The notes: generated by a model from the letters alone, not told the origin. Positions 27,149 through 36,233 are shown, counted from the stretch's first letter. The stretch is 64,000 bases of DNA from an uncultured Clostridia bacterium (GCA_944372365.1 CALVYP010000001.1:85279-149278); one strand, 5' to 3'. Made by a program: numbers and translations.

Positions 27149-29140
27149 TTAGAAGAAATTTGGTCTGCCAAAAATTACTTGATTGCGCTTATCAATATCG
27201 TAGAACACTTTTGCCTCATCCAAATACTTGCTGGTGCGAGGAAGAACAAGCGGTGGATATTGCGTCATCTGCGGTGTTTTAAAGAATGGTGCTAAATTAC
27301 AACGGATTGGGTTGTATCTAAACACTTTGATAATTGCCTGCCCAAATGGCAAACGGCTGAGTTCGTAAGGGTCAACAAGCGGCACAACAGTTTTTTGTGT
27401 TTGCAGCGAAGTTGACTGTGATGTTGAATCCTTTCCTTCGTTTTTAGTGACTTGCTCTTCTCTTGTGATAAGTTGAACATTTCCGCAGCTTTTTGAAAAT
27501 GCTTCACGAGTGGAAGTGTCTTCCGAACCCAAGAATATTTGAATGTTGAAGTTACCTTTTATTGTTTCAGCTGTTTCTTTGCCATACTTTGTATCCAACT
27601 GTGTGAATGATTGAACAATGATTTCAAAGAAAATGTTTCTTGAACGCGAAACTGTAACCATTGTTGCAAAATCTTGAATCACTGGCAGGTTACCAAACTC
27701 ATCAAGCAAGAAATAAACATGTCTTGGAAGTTTTTGCATTGGGCGATCATTAGCAATATCAACAAGCGTTCTGTAAAGTTGCGCAATGCAGATTGTTGCA
27801 AGCGGATGACGCTCTTTTTTGTGATCTGGAATTTTGATAAAGAAAGCTGTTGGTTTATCAACGAATTTGTTAAAGTCTATATCTGTGCCACTGGTTGCAT
27901 AGCAAATGCCCATATCTTGCATAAGCGCGTTAATTTTGCCCGACATAACACTGAGATATGATTTTGTTGTAGTAGGCGCACTGTCGATAACGTTTGAAGT
28001 CAAGCCGCCCACTTGCGAAGTTTTCGCTCTGCCAGTGCAAAAGCGCTTAATTGAAGCGTATTGATTGTCTGGATCGTTATCACGCTTATTGACAATTTTA
28101 TAAAGGTTGTAAAAGTTGAATTGATCTTTTCTAAGTTTATTTTCGCCAAGCCTTGGATCAACCGAATCTTCAAGCATCGCCAACATCACGCCGTAAAGGA
28201 AATCCTGTGCACCCTGCTCCCATATTGTGTCATTTGTTCCCGGCGAGACTGGGCAGACAGCTGCCGCAACGCCTCTTAAATCAAAGGTGGCTTCGTTTAT
28301 CATCTTCTGCTTTGCAGCGGAAAGTTCACGAGCAAGATCTTCTTCCGTTGGATATGCCACACCATGAAATTCATACCATGTGTCGCCATATTGAACGCCA
28401 TACAGTGCTTCTTTGCCAGCCTGCGACGGAGTGCAGCCAGAATATTTTTTTGCCTCTTGTGCCAAATTCATTGCCTTGTTGTAGGTGTTAAACGCCCTTT
28501 CCAATGGGTTCCATCTTGAAGAAGCATAAGGGTCATCAAGGTCGTAGATTTGCACATCATATCCTTCTTCAATAAGTGCGCGTGCGTGTTTTGCGTAAAG
28601 TTCGCCTTTTGGGTCGGCAATAACAAGCGACGGCTTTTCGGCGGTGCGCGCGTAAATTCTAATTGCAGGATCGATAAGCATGGTTGTTTTACCTGTTCCC
28701 GTTGTACCTATAACCAACGCGTGCATTTCGTCTTTCATTGTCACTTCATATCTGCCGCCAACTTTTTCGTTACGGATGACTGTGCCTGTTTTTGTAAGAC
28801 TTGGAAGTGAATTCCATGTTTGATTTATCAAAAATTTATCATTCAAAATTTGGTCGTGGCTCATAAAGCCAGAGTCGAAGTGTAAAGCAAACTCCTCGCC
28901 TCCTGCGGTTTTTCCTGTTCTGGCAACTTCTGGATGCTTGTTCCTGCGCATAGAGAAATAAAGTGCCATGCAAAAGCCAATCAATGCGCCAACGCCCAAC
29001 CCTATAAAAGACATTTGGTTGGTAAGCAATCCAATATCCCATGCGCCCGCTTGAGCAAACGATATGCCAAAGCCAATGCCATAGCCAAGAATGGTGCAAA
29101 CCAGCACCCAAACCACAAATCTTACAACTGCTTTTTTCAT
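27149..29140 (-). CDS. type IV secretion coupling protein (VirD4/TraG/TraD family ATPase)
   Basis: Two N-terminal TM helices, Walker A VIGTTGTGKTT and Walker B YFLLDEFGNLP. ATG at 29140 with a GAGGT SD. Terminator CCTTGCC-ttac-GGCAAGG at 27115..27132. Confidence 0.8.
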   Translation of the reverse strand: MKKAVVRFVVWVLVCTILGYGIGFGISFAQAGAWDIGLLTNQMSFIGLGVGALIGFCMALYFSMRRNKHPEVARTGKTAGGEEFALHFDSGFMSHDQILNDKFLINQTWNSLPSLTKTGTVIRNEKVGGRYEVTMKDEMHALVIGTTGTGKTTMLIDPAIRIYARTAEKPSLVIADPKGELYAKHARALIEEGYDVQIYDLDDPYASSRWNPLERAFNTYNKAMNLAQEAKKYSGCTPSQAGKEALYGVQYGDTWYEFHGVAYPTEEDLARELSAAKQKMINEATFDLRGVAAAVCPVSPGTNDTIWEQGAQDFLYGVMLAMLEDSVDPRLGENKLRKDQFNFYNLYKIVNKRDNDPDNQYASIKRFCTGRAKTSQVGGLTSNVIDSAPTTTKSYLSVMSGKINALMQDMGICYATSGTDIDFNKFVDKPTAFFIKIPDHKKERHPLATICIAQLYRTLVDIANDRPMQKLPRHVYFLLDEFGNLPVIQDFATMVTVSRSRNIFFEIIVQSFTQLDTKYGKETAETIKGNFNIQIFLGSEDTSTREAFSKSCGNVQLITREEQVTKNEGKDSTSQSTSLQTQKTVVPLVDPYELSRLPFGQAIIKVFRYNPIRCNLAPFFKTPQMTQYPPLVLPRTSKYLDEAKVFYDIDKRNQVIFGRPNFF

Positions 29141-29396
29141 TTTTACCTCTGTTGTTAGTATATCATACATAAACAGTTTTTAAAAATATAATCCAATAAA
29201 AAATACAAAAAAACAACATAATTTTTGATTAAGTTGTCAGCAATTCAGCAAAATATCTAATGTTTTTATACCATTTGCTTGAAAAAACTGCAAAAATGAC
29301 ATATAATTTAGTATCCATTCAGTTCTCGCCACACCCCGCAAGCAAGTTCGCCCTTCTCGTTTAATGCACAATGGCCACTAAACCAAAACCTTTTTT

Positions 29397-29471
29397 GCTC
29401 TCGTGGTGTAATGGATAGCACAATGGTCTTCGGAACCATTTGTTCGGGTTCGAATCCTGACGGGAGCACCA
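29397..29471 (+). tRNA. tRNA-Arg (anticodon TCG)
   Basis: Acceptor GCTCTCG/CGGGAGC, anticodon arm ATGGT-CTTCGGA-ACCAT, T-loop TTCGAAT, encoded CCA. Promoter TTGAAA-N17-TATAAT at 29279..29307. Confidence 0.9.
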
Positions 29472-29537
29472 AAAAAGCCGCGACTCATCAAATGACTGGC
29501 GCGACTTTTTTTATTCCGTCTTTCTTTGACAAGACAA

Positions 29538-30020
29538 CTACATGGTGATGCGCTGTGAAGGGATTTTAACCGTTTTAATTGGTGTTAAAAGCTGCCTTGT
29601 TTTTAAGGTGCTTGTAAAATTTTTCTTGCTCTCTAAAATCAATTTATCATGCTGGATGATATGTTTTTCAGCAAGCACGGCAATAAATGTTGCAAGGTGC
29701 GGCTTTTCATAACGCTTTAAATATTTAATCCCAAGCACATTGTTGACATTTTCAATTTTTCCATCAAAATAAGCAACATCCAAAGCATATCTGCATGCTT
29801 TTTCTATGTTTTTGGGCTTGATGTTATAAAACTCTGCAATCTTTGCAAACAATTTTGCAATGCCCATTTCAACCAATCCGCGCTTTTGCATGGTGAAAAA
29901 TATCGCGTGAGATAAATACACGAAAGCTTTGGTGTTTTTATTGAAGCCAATCTGCGCCAAATCTGACGCAATTGAATTTAAACACATCATATCAAATTTA
30001 TTTTTACATACTCTAAGCAT
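29538..30020 (-). CDS. standalone Spo0A C-terminal (DNA-binding) domain protein
   Basis: Collinear with the Spo0A effector domain: KAFVYLSHAIFF.. / ..LFAKIAEFYNIKPKNIEKACRYALDVAY.. / ..KPHLATFIAVLAEKH. There is no receiver domain. AGGAGA SD. Confidence 0.65.
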   Translation of the reverse strand: MLRVCKNKFDMMCLNSIASDLAQIGFNKNTKAFVYLSHAIFFTMQKRGLVEMGIAKLFAKIAEFYNIKPKNIEKACRYALDVAYFDGKIENVNNVLGIKYLKRYEKPHLATFIAVLAEKHIIQHDKLILESKKNFTSTLKTRQLLTPIKTVKIPSQRITM

Positions 30021-30124
30021 TTGTTTTTCTCCTTATTCAAACTCTTTTAGTTTACGCAAAACAACAAATTTTTCAAAACATATTATTATGTATTTTTTGT
30101 CGAATTTTTAATGTAAAAATGCGC

Positions 30125-30153
30125 TTGCTAAACTTATAAAAAATTGTTACAAT
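30125..30153 (+). promoter_or_regulatory. engB promoter; the spacing suggests a leaderless mRNA
   Basis: TTGCTA, a 17-nt spacer, TACAAT, then 6 nt before the ATG at 30160. No SD. Confidence 0.5.
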
Positions 30154-30159
30154 ATATGT

Positions 30160-30738
30160 ATGATAATCAAACAAGCAACATTCTTAACAAGTGTGGTTGA
30201 CGAAAAAAATCTGTTGCAAGACGATTTGCCTGAATTTGCATTTGTTGGAAGAAGCAATGTTGGAAAAAGCAGTATAATCAATAATTTGACAGGCAAAAAA
30301 GGCTTGGCAAAAACTTCTTCCACGCCTGGACACACAAAGATGATAAACTATTTTGAAATCAATCAAACTTTTAGGTTTGTAGATCTTCCCGGCTATGGCT
30401 TTCACAGAGCCGGCAAAAAAAATCAAAACCTTTGGTCAAAACTTATTCAAACATATCTGCTTAACAGCAAAAGCCTAAAAACAGTGTTTATGCTTGTTGA
30501 CAGCCGAATAACTCCAACCGATCTTGATCAAATCATGTGCAAATTTTTAATTCAAACAGGCAGAAATTTTATTATCATTGCAACAAAAGCCGACAAGCTT
30601 TCAAAATCAAAACAAAATCTTGCTAAAAAACATATTGCCGCCGCCCTAGGCGTGCGAGAAGACATCATCATCTTCCACAGCAGCCTAAACTCTCAAGGCA
30701 AGCAACAAATTTTGGATTACATTGAAAATTTGGTTTGA
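30160..30738 (+). CDS. engB: ribosome biogenesis GTP-binding protein YsxC/EngB
   Basis: FVGRSNVGKSSIIN (G1), DLPGYG (G3) and TKADK (G4). Confidence 0.9.
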   Translation: MIIKQATFLTSVVDEKNLLQDDLPEFAFVGRSNVGKSSIINNLTGKKGLAKTSSTPGHTKMINYFEINQTFRFVDLPGYGFHRAGKKNQNLWSKLIQTYLLNSKSLKTVFMLVDSRITPTDLDQIMCKFLIQTGRNFIIIATKADKLSKSKQNLAKKHIAAALGVREDIIIFHSSLNSQGKQQILDYIENLV

Positions 30739-30773
30739 TATATAAATTTGCTTCAGCCGGCTATAATATATTT

Positions 30774-31493
30774 ATGTCAAACTCTAACAGCTTTTGGAAA
30801 AAGTTTTTTAGAAGCCTTTTAGTTTTAAGCGCATTTGGGCTTTTTGTTTTGCTTGTTTATTTAATTTTGCTTTGGACGGGACTTTGGGAAAGTTTAAACT
30901 CAATCGAAAAACTTAGAACGCTGATTTTAGACTTGGGCTTTTATGGAAGAATCACGTTCGTGCTTTTGCAACTTTTGCAGGTGACATTTATTCCAATCCC
31001 GTCAACAATCTTAACCATTGGCGGAGCAATCATATATGGCCCGTTGCAAGGCGGGCTGCTAAGCCTGTCGGGCATCTTGCTGGGCAGCGCATTGGCGTTT
31101 ATGCTTGGTAAAAAATTTGGCAAGCCACTTGTCCGCTTTATGGTTGGCGAAGAAACTTGCGAAAAATGGATAAATTTTTTATCAAAAGCACAATATTCCT
31201 TTTTTATTATGATGTTGCTTCCAATTTTTCCCGACGATGTGCTATGCTTAGTTGCGGGGCTAACAAACATGAGTTGGGCGTTTTTTGTGACAACCAATCT
31301 CATTACTCGCCCCATCGGGATATTTACAACAAGCTACTTAGGAAGCGGAGAAATAATCCCCTATCATGGCTGGGGCTTGATTGTTTGGGCAATAATCATC
31401 ATCGCGGCGATAATTTTGATGTGGCTTGCAACCAAATATCAAAAAAATATTCAACAATTTATTTCCAAGTCTTTTAGGAAGAAAAAGCAATAA
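30774..31493 (+). CDS. TVP38/TMEM64 (DedA-related) family membrane protein
   Basis: VTFIPIPSTILTIGGAIIYGP..GSALAFMLGKKFGKPLV is the family core. ATG 30774 lies 6 nt after TATAAT. The ORF-track start at 30735 overlaps engB. Confidence 0.75.
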   Translation: MSNSNSFWKKFFRSLLVLSAFGLFVLLVYLILLWTGLWESLNSIEKLRTLILDLGFYGRITFVLLQLLQVTFIPIPSTILTIGGAIIYGPLQGGLLSLSGILLGSALAFMLGKKFGKPLVRFMVGEETCEKWINFLSKAQYSFFIMMLLPIFPDDVLCLVAGLTNMSWAFFVTTNLITRPIGIFTTSYLGSGEIIPYHGWGLIVWAIIIIAAIILMWLATKYQKNIQQFISKSFRKKKQ

Positions 31494-31573
31494 ATTTTTA
31501 AATTTTTTTAAAAAAATGTAAAAATCGCTTGTGTTTCCAGTTAACTATAATGTTAAAGTTAAGTAGAAATTGG

Positions 31574-31789
31574 ATGAAAAACGCAATGAAAGGCAAATAT
31601 GAAAGGCCAGAAGATGCTGCACCCGCTGTAAAACAAACCGACGAGAAAGTTGGTGATATATCAGTTTTAATAAAATGCGATGACATCAACATAGACTTTG
31701 CCCTTAACGATGCTCCAAAGCATGTGCTAAACTCTATTAAAGCAACTCTTTCATCAATAATTGCCGATTTTTATAGCGTTTTTAGATAA
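31574..31789 (+). CDS. hypothetical small protein
   Basis: ORF 31529..31789. Start is uncertain (ATG 31574 or 31586). No family recognised. Confidence 0.3.
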   Translation: MKNAMKGKYERPEDAAPAVKQTDEKVGDISVLIKCDDINIDFALNDAPKHVLNSIKATLSSIIADFYSVFR

Positions 31790-31820
31790 AAATTTAAAAA
31801 AATAATAAAAAAAGACGAAA

Positions 31821-32591
31821 TTATTCGTCTTTTTTTTCTTCCTGTTCTTCACCTTCCTTAGGCTTTTTCTTTAAGCTTTCTTTAAACGCTTTTTTATCAA
31901 ATTTATGATTAGGATCTTTTGGTTTAAGCAATCTTTGTGCAATTTCAAATCTGCTTTCTTTATAAATCAAAAGTTCTTTACATCTGGTTTCAACGGCTGA
32001 GAGCACTTCGTCATATTCCTTTTTAAATGTAGGATCGTTTGGCAAAGTTAATGTTGCGCCGCGGCGTTTAACCTTTCTGCCAGAAACCATATCTTTGTAA
32101 ATAACCTTTTCAAACACGATGCTGCCGCGCATCCCCGAGCCACTTGAAAGCTCATACAAATCACCCTTGATTTTAATTTCATATTTTGGAATGGTTTGCT
32201 TAACAACTTCCACAAGGTCGATGGTGAATATGTTTGCAAACGCGTTGTTTATTGCAGATGCGATTTGCAAAGGATAATCCTTTGGCGATTCGTTGCCATT
32301 GCACTCTGCCAAATGAAATTTTTGGCTTGGCTTTCTTAACTCGGTTGGCAGATAGGAAAGCTTTCTAACCTTGAAAAAAACTTTGTCTTCTTCATATTGT
32401 TTGCTAAGCACCAATCCAACGCCTGCAAGCAGATTGTTTGGCGTGTCGTAGATAATCTCTCTGCTGCCAATTTTTCTTACAAAATATATACGATAAAAAG
32501 CCAATTCTCTGTCAAGCTTGGCAAGAATTTGCTTTTGATTGTTTCTAATCATGTCATAGTGCACTTTGACACCAGAAATTTCTGTTGGCAT
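31821..32591 (-). CDS. hypothetical protein, possibly CYTH-like, with a K/E-rich tail
   Basis: REIIYDTPNNLLAGVGLVLSK resembles the CYTH DTYYDTP..L...g..LR segment. Weak assignment. Confidence 0.35.
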   Translation of the reverse strand: MPTEISGVKVHYDMIRNNQKQILAKLDRELAFYRIYFVRKIGSREIIYDTPNNLLAGVGLVLSKQYEEDKVFFKVRKLSYLPTELRKPSQKFHLAECNGNESPKDYPLQIASAINNAFANIFTIDLVEVVKQTIPKYEIKIKGDLYELSSGSGMRGSIVFEKVIYKDMVSGRKVKRRGATLTLPNDPTFKKEYDEVLSAVETRCKELLIYKESRFEIAQRLLKPKDPNHKFDKKAFKESLKKKPKEGEEQEEKKDE

Positions 32592-32689
32592 ATTTTTCTC
32601 CTACAACTTAATTTTACACATTTTGCGTTAAAAATGCAAATGTTTGAAAGTTTTTTAAATGTCTATAATAAACTTTGGAGGAAAAAAAC

Positions 32690-33277
32690 ATGACAGATTT
32701 TTCACAAAGCAAAACAAAAGAAAATCTAGCCCGCGCATTTGCGGCTGAATGTCAAGACGGGGCAAGATATCAATTTATTGCCAAAGACGCCAAGCAAAAC
32801 CAGTTCAACTATATTTCAACCGTGCTGAAAATGCTTGCTAAAAACGAAATGGCTCATGCAAAAATGTTTTATCAATATTTGATAGACAATCTGCAAAACA
32901 GCAGCTCAAATGTAAACATTGAAGCAGGCTTTCCGTTTAAACCAAGCGAACTTAAAAGTTCGCTAAAAGAAGCTTCTCTGGTTGAAGAATATGAGGCAAA
33001 CAACATCTATCCTTCTTTTGCAAAAATTGCAAAGGACGAAGGTTTTGCCGAAATTGCAAAAATGTTTTTGCAGGTGGCGGAAGTTGAAAAGGTTCACGCA
33101 CAAAAACTTGCCGCGCTGGCAGAGATGTATAGCAAAAAATCATTGTATAAATCTCAAAATCCAAAGCAATTTGAATGCTCAAACTGCGGTCACCGCGAAT
33201 ACAAAAAGCAGGCGTGGAAAACCTGCCCTCTTTGCAACTATCCACAAGGGTATGTGATCATAAATTTTGAAGAATAA
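32690..33277 (+). CDS. rubrerythrin-family protein
   Basis: GGAGGA SD. Ferritin-like N-domain ENLARAFAAECQDGARYQFIA..EMAHAKMF..EKVHA, and a C-terminal rubredoxin-like CSNCGH..CPLCNYP. Confidence 0.85.
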   Translation: MTDFSQSKTKENLARAFAAECQDGARYQFIAKDAKQNQFNYISTVLKMLAKNEMAHAKMFYQYLIDNLQNSSSNVNIEAGFPFKPSELKSSLKEASLVEEYEANNIYPSFAKIAKDEGFAEIAKMFLQVAEVEKVHAQKLAALAEMYSKKSLYKSQNPKQFECSNCGHREYKKQAWKTCPLCNYPQGYVIINFEE

Positions 33278-33282
33278 AAAAA

Positions 33283-33308
33283 GCTCTTCTTGCGAAGAGC
33301 GTTTTTTT
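33283..33308. terminator. bidirectional terminator
   Basis: GCTCTTC-ttgc-GAAGAGC flanked by A and T runs, between convergent genes. Confidence 0.75.
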
Positions 33309-33585
33309 AGTTAAAAATATCTTTAAAACTATTTCCGAATTTGAAAGCAGGTGCGTTTGATGCTTTGATTTGCACTTTCTGCTTTGTCATTGGATTGATG
33401 CCAACCCTTGCAGGTTTTTTCTTAACTTCATAAGTTCCAAAACCAGCGATAGCAATTTTTTCACCTTTTTTAAGTGTGTCAACAATTGTTGCCACCATAG
33501 CTTCAAAAGCAATACCTGCATCTTTTTGAGTGAAGTTTGCCTTTTCTGCAAATGCTTTGATAAATTCAGATTTGTTCATATTCAT
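33307..33585 (-). CDS. hup: HU-family DNA-binding protein
   Basis: MNKSEFIKAFAEKANFTQKDAG..IAGFGTYEVKKKPARVGINPMTKQKVQIKASNAPAFK is typical of HU. Confidence 0.95.
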   Translation of the reverse strand: MNMNKSEFIKAFAEKANFTQKDAGIAFEAMVATIVDTLKKGEKIAIAGFGTYEVKKKPARVGINPMTKQKVQIKASNAPAFKFGNSFKDIFN

Positions 33586-33723
33586 TTCTCCCTTTTTTGA
33601 ATTTGCATTATCAATGCTATAAAAATAGTAGCATATTTTTTAATTAAATCAAAACGATTTTAGCCATTTTTGCCATAATTTAAACCTAAAACACAAAAAA
33701 ACACCCTATTTTAGGGTGTTTTG

Positions 33724-34551
33724 CTACCTTGCAAAGGCATCTTCCAGCTTGTTCCAGTAAAATGAGAACAATGCGTTGATTTTGATTGCAAGCAGGTTTG
33801 CGTCCTCTTCCGCCCCGCCCGGCAAGATGATTTCTGCCACGCCTTCCAAACTATCTAAACTTGCAGTGCCACGCACGCGCGAGTCTGATGACTTTCCGCG
33901 ATTGTCGCCAAGATAGAAAATTTGATTGTCTGGCACTTCAAAGAAATAAACGCCTTCAAACTTGACAACATATTCTTTTAACTGTGGGTTGGCAATAAAC
34001 TCTTCATAAAATTTTGATTCATATTCTTCGCCAAGCACCTGAACGGAGCTGTCGTAAACCGAGTCTGGCCCGTATGTCCAATCTTCGTAGCTTTTAACAT
34101 AGCTTTCATACAAACAATCTATCTTTCCTTCCTGACGATTAAGCGTAAACACGTGAAAGTAACCATCGTCTGCCTTTTTGATTGTCACATAATCGCCCGG
34201 CATGCCTATAACGCGCTTGATAAGCTTAATTTCGCTGCCATCGGCGTTATGATCGTTGATCACCACAATGTCATAGCGGTTTGGCTGGGCTTTGATGTTG
34301 ATGTAAACCAAGTCATCGCCTTCATTTTCGTGAAGAATGTCAGGATTTAGCGTGTTTTGCATGCTTGTGCCGTCGACTTCCGAAAGTTCATATGTGTTTC
34401 TAAAATAAATATACCAAGAAATGTAAACCGCAAACAGCACAAAATAGACAAGAAAAATGTAGAACACAATTTTAGGGAATTTTTTAACCTGCCTATCTAT
34501 GTATTCTTCCTGCTTAGCAGTTTTTTTAGTTTGCCTAAACTTAAAGTTCAC
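33724..34551 (-). CDS. lepB: signal peptidase I
   Basis: S26 motifs GTSMQNTL (catalytic Ser), a catalytic Lys region (KRVIGMPGD) and GDNRGKSSDSR. Confidence 0.9.
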   Translation of the reverse strand: MNFKFRQTKKTAKQEEYIDRQVKKFPKIVFYIFLVYFVLFAVYISWYIYFRNTYELSEVDGTSMQNTLNPDILHENEGDDLVYINIKAQPNRYDIVVINDHNADGSEIKLIKRVIGMPGDYVTIKKADDGYFHVFTLNRQEGKIDCLYESYVKSYEDWTYGPDSVYDSSVQVLGEEYESKFYEEFIANPQLKEYVVKFEGVYFFEVPDNQIFYLGDNRGKSSDSRVRGTASLDSLEGVAEIILPGGAEEDANLLAIKINALFSFYWNKLEDAFAR

Positions 34552-35089
34552 TTTTCTCCTTTCTTATCGAAAACCTGCACCCGCAATAATTTTGTCTGTA
34601 AAGGTTGTATTGCTTTGAAAGCCTTATGCTGTCAAGATAGCCATCCTGCTTTTTAAAGTTCTCTGGCAAAAACTCGACGCCATATTGCTTTGCAACCTTT
34701 TGACCGATGCTGTTTATCTGCGCGGTGTTTTTATGCGGACTAACCGAAAGCGTTGTGGCAAACAAATCAAACCCACGCTGCTTTGCAACTTTGGCGGTTT
34801 GGCCTAGCCTGATTTCAAAGCAGATGCTGCATCTATCTCCGCCTTCTTTGTCAAGCTCATGCCCTTTTGCAAGCTGCAAAAATGTCTGTTCGTCATAGTC
34901 GCCTTCGATCACATCGATATGCATAAGTTTAGCATATCTTTTTTGTTCTTCCAAACGCTTTTGATATTCTTCAAATGGAAAAATATTAGGATTAAAGTAG
35001 ATTATTGTCAAATCATACCTATCCTTTAAAACTTCAATAACATGCGTAGAGCATGGACCGCAACAGCTGTGCAACAATAATTTTTTCAT
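34541..35089 (-). CDS. queH: epoxyqueuosine reductase QueH (DUF208)
   Basis: LLLHSCCGPCS, GGDRCSICF and YRQNYCGCRFS motifs. Confidence 0.85.
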   Translation of the reverse strand: MKKLLLHSCCGPCSTHVIEVLKDRYDLTIIYFNPNIFPFEEYQKRLEEQKRYAKLMHIDVIEGDYDEQTFLQLAKGHELDKEGGDRCSICFEIRLGQTAKVAKQRGFDLFATTLSVSPHKNTAQINSIGQKVAKQYGVEFLPENFKKQDGYLDSIRLSKQYNLYRQNYCGCRFSIRKEKSEL

Positions 35090-35547
35090 TTGTTCACCTT
35101 CATAATTTCAACAATTTCGTTTAGCACAGGATTTTTTTGCGCATAGTCACTAAAATTTTCACCCTTTTGATTTATAAATGTGATAAACGAAAGCGTTTGT
35201 CCCTGTTTTTCAATCACGCTTTGCGCAATCAGCATGTTGTTTTCGCCTTCTATTATATATATAGGATAGACAGCCCCTGCAAGTTTGATGTTAAACTTTT
35301 TTTTCAGCTTCAAATTATCGGTTACTTTTTTGTAATCTTTAATCATCAAATCAATGGCAGTGCTGCCCACAAACTGCTGCCCCTTAAATAACGAAATAAC
35401 ATTGCCTTGCTTAGAAATTATGTTTGCAACAAAATCTAAACCCTGATCATTTTTTAAGTTATATCTTTGCCTTGCCCAAGCAAAACCTTTTGGCAAAATT
35501 AAGTTTTCCATGGCTAGAATTGTAGCAGAAAATGACAAAAAAGTCAA
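35086..35547 (-). CDS. hypothetical protein
   Basis: ORF only. The TTG at 35547 abuts the ArsR-family stop. An alternative ATG is at 35511. Confidence 0.4.
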   Translation of the reverse strand: MTFLSFSATILAMENLILPKGFAWARQRYNLKNDQGLDFVANIISKQGNVISLFKGQQFVGSTAIDLMIKDYKKVTDNLKLKKKFNIKLAGAVYPIYIIEGENNMLIAQSVIEKQGQTLSFITFINQKGENFSDYAQKNPVLNEIVEIMKVNK

Positions 35548-35880
35548 TTACAAATACTCCACCGCATACATCATTACATCGCTGATTGATTGCTCTTGCA
35601 GCGAATAAAGCAAAATTTTGCCGTCGCGCCGATAGTTTACCAAACCTTGATCTTTTAAAATTTTAAGCTGATGCGAAACCGTGGTTTGGTTTATATTCAA
35701 TAGGTTTGATATGTCTCCCACACACATATCACAAACCGAAAGGCATGTGATTATTTTAAGGCGCGTGGAATCTGAAAAATTTTGAAAATAATCCGCAAGT
35801 TTGCTTATTTGGCTGTCGGTTGGCAAAAATCCTAAAATTTGGTTTTTACGCCTTTCCGTCAGCATCAAAAAATCTGGCAT
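35548..35880 (-). CDS. ArsR/SmtB-family metalloregulator
   Basis: LKIITCLSVCDMCVGDISNLLNINQTTVSHQLKILKDQGLV. The wHTH carries a Cys-containing alpha3-type site (CDMC, in the position of ELCVCDL). Confidence 0.85.
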   Translation of the reverse strand: MPDFLMLTERRKNQILGFLPTDSQISKLADYFQNFSDSTRLKIITCLSVCDMCVGDISNLLNINQTTVSHQLKILKDQGLVNYRRDGKILLYSLQEQSISDVMMYAVEYL

Positions 35881-36034
35881 TTAATTCTCCTTTGCAGTGA
35901 CATTTTTTCAAATGCACTCATATATATTTCCGTAACAAAAATAACATTGCATAAGATAAATATCAAAACTGATTTTTAAATAAAAAATTGGTTTTTTGCA
36001 GAAAAACAAATTTATTTGTAGAATGGGAGGAATT

Positions 36035-36217
36035 ATGAATCAGCAAGATATTTTATTGGTGCTTTTGCTTTCAATTTTTTCAAGCAGCAACGATGTCAAT
36101 TTAAACACCAACACAAACTTTTTGCTTTTGTTGCTGTTGGCTCTCTCTGGCAACAACTCTGGCGGCTGTTGGAGTGGCTGCTCCAACACCTGCGCTTGCG
36201 CCGGCAGAATGTTTTAA
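36035..36217 (+). CDS. 60-aa Leu-rich peptide with a Cys-rich C-terminus
   Basis: GGGAGGA SD, then the ATG at 36035. Sequence MNQQDILLVLLLSIFSSSNDVNLNTNTNFLLLLLLALSGNNSGGCWSGCSNTCACAGRMF. Followed by a GC-rich hairpin terminator. Confidence 0.5.
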   Translation: MNQQDILLVLLLSIFSSSNDVNLNTNTNFLLLLLLALSGNNSGGCWSGCSNTCACAGRMF

Positions 36218-36233
36218 TCTCACCCCCAGCCAC

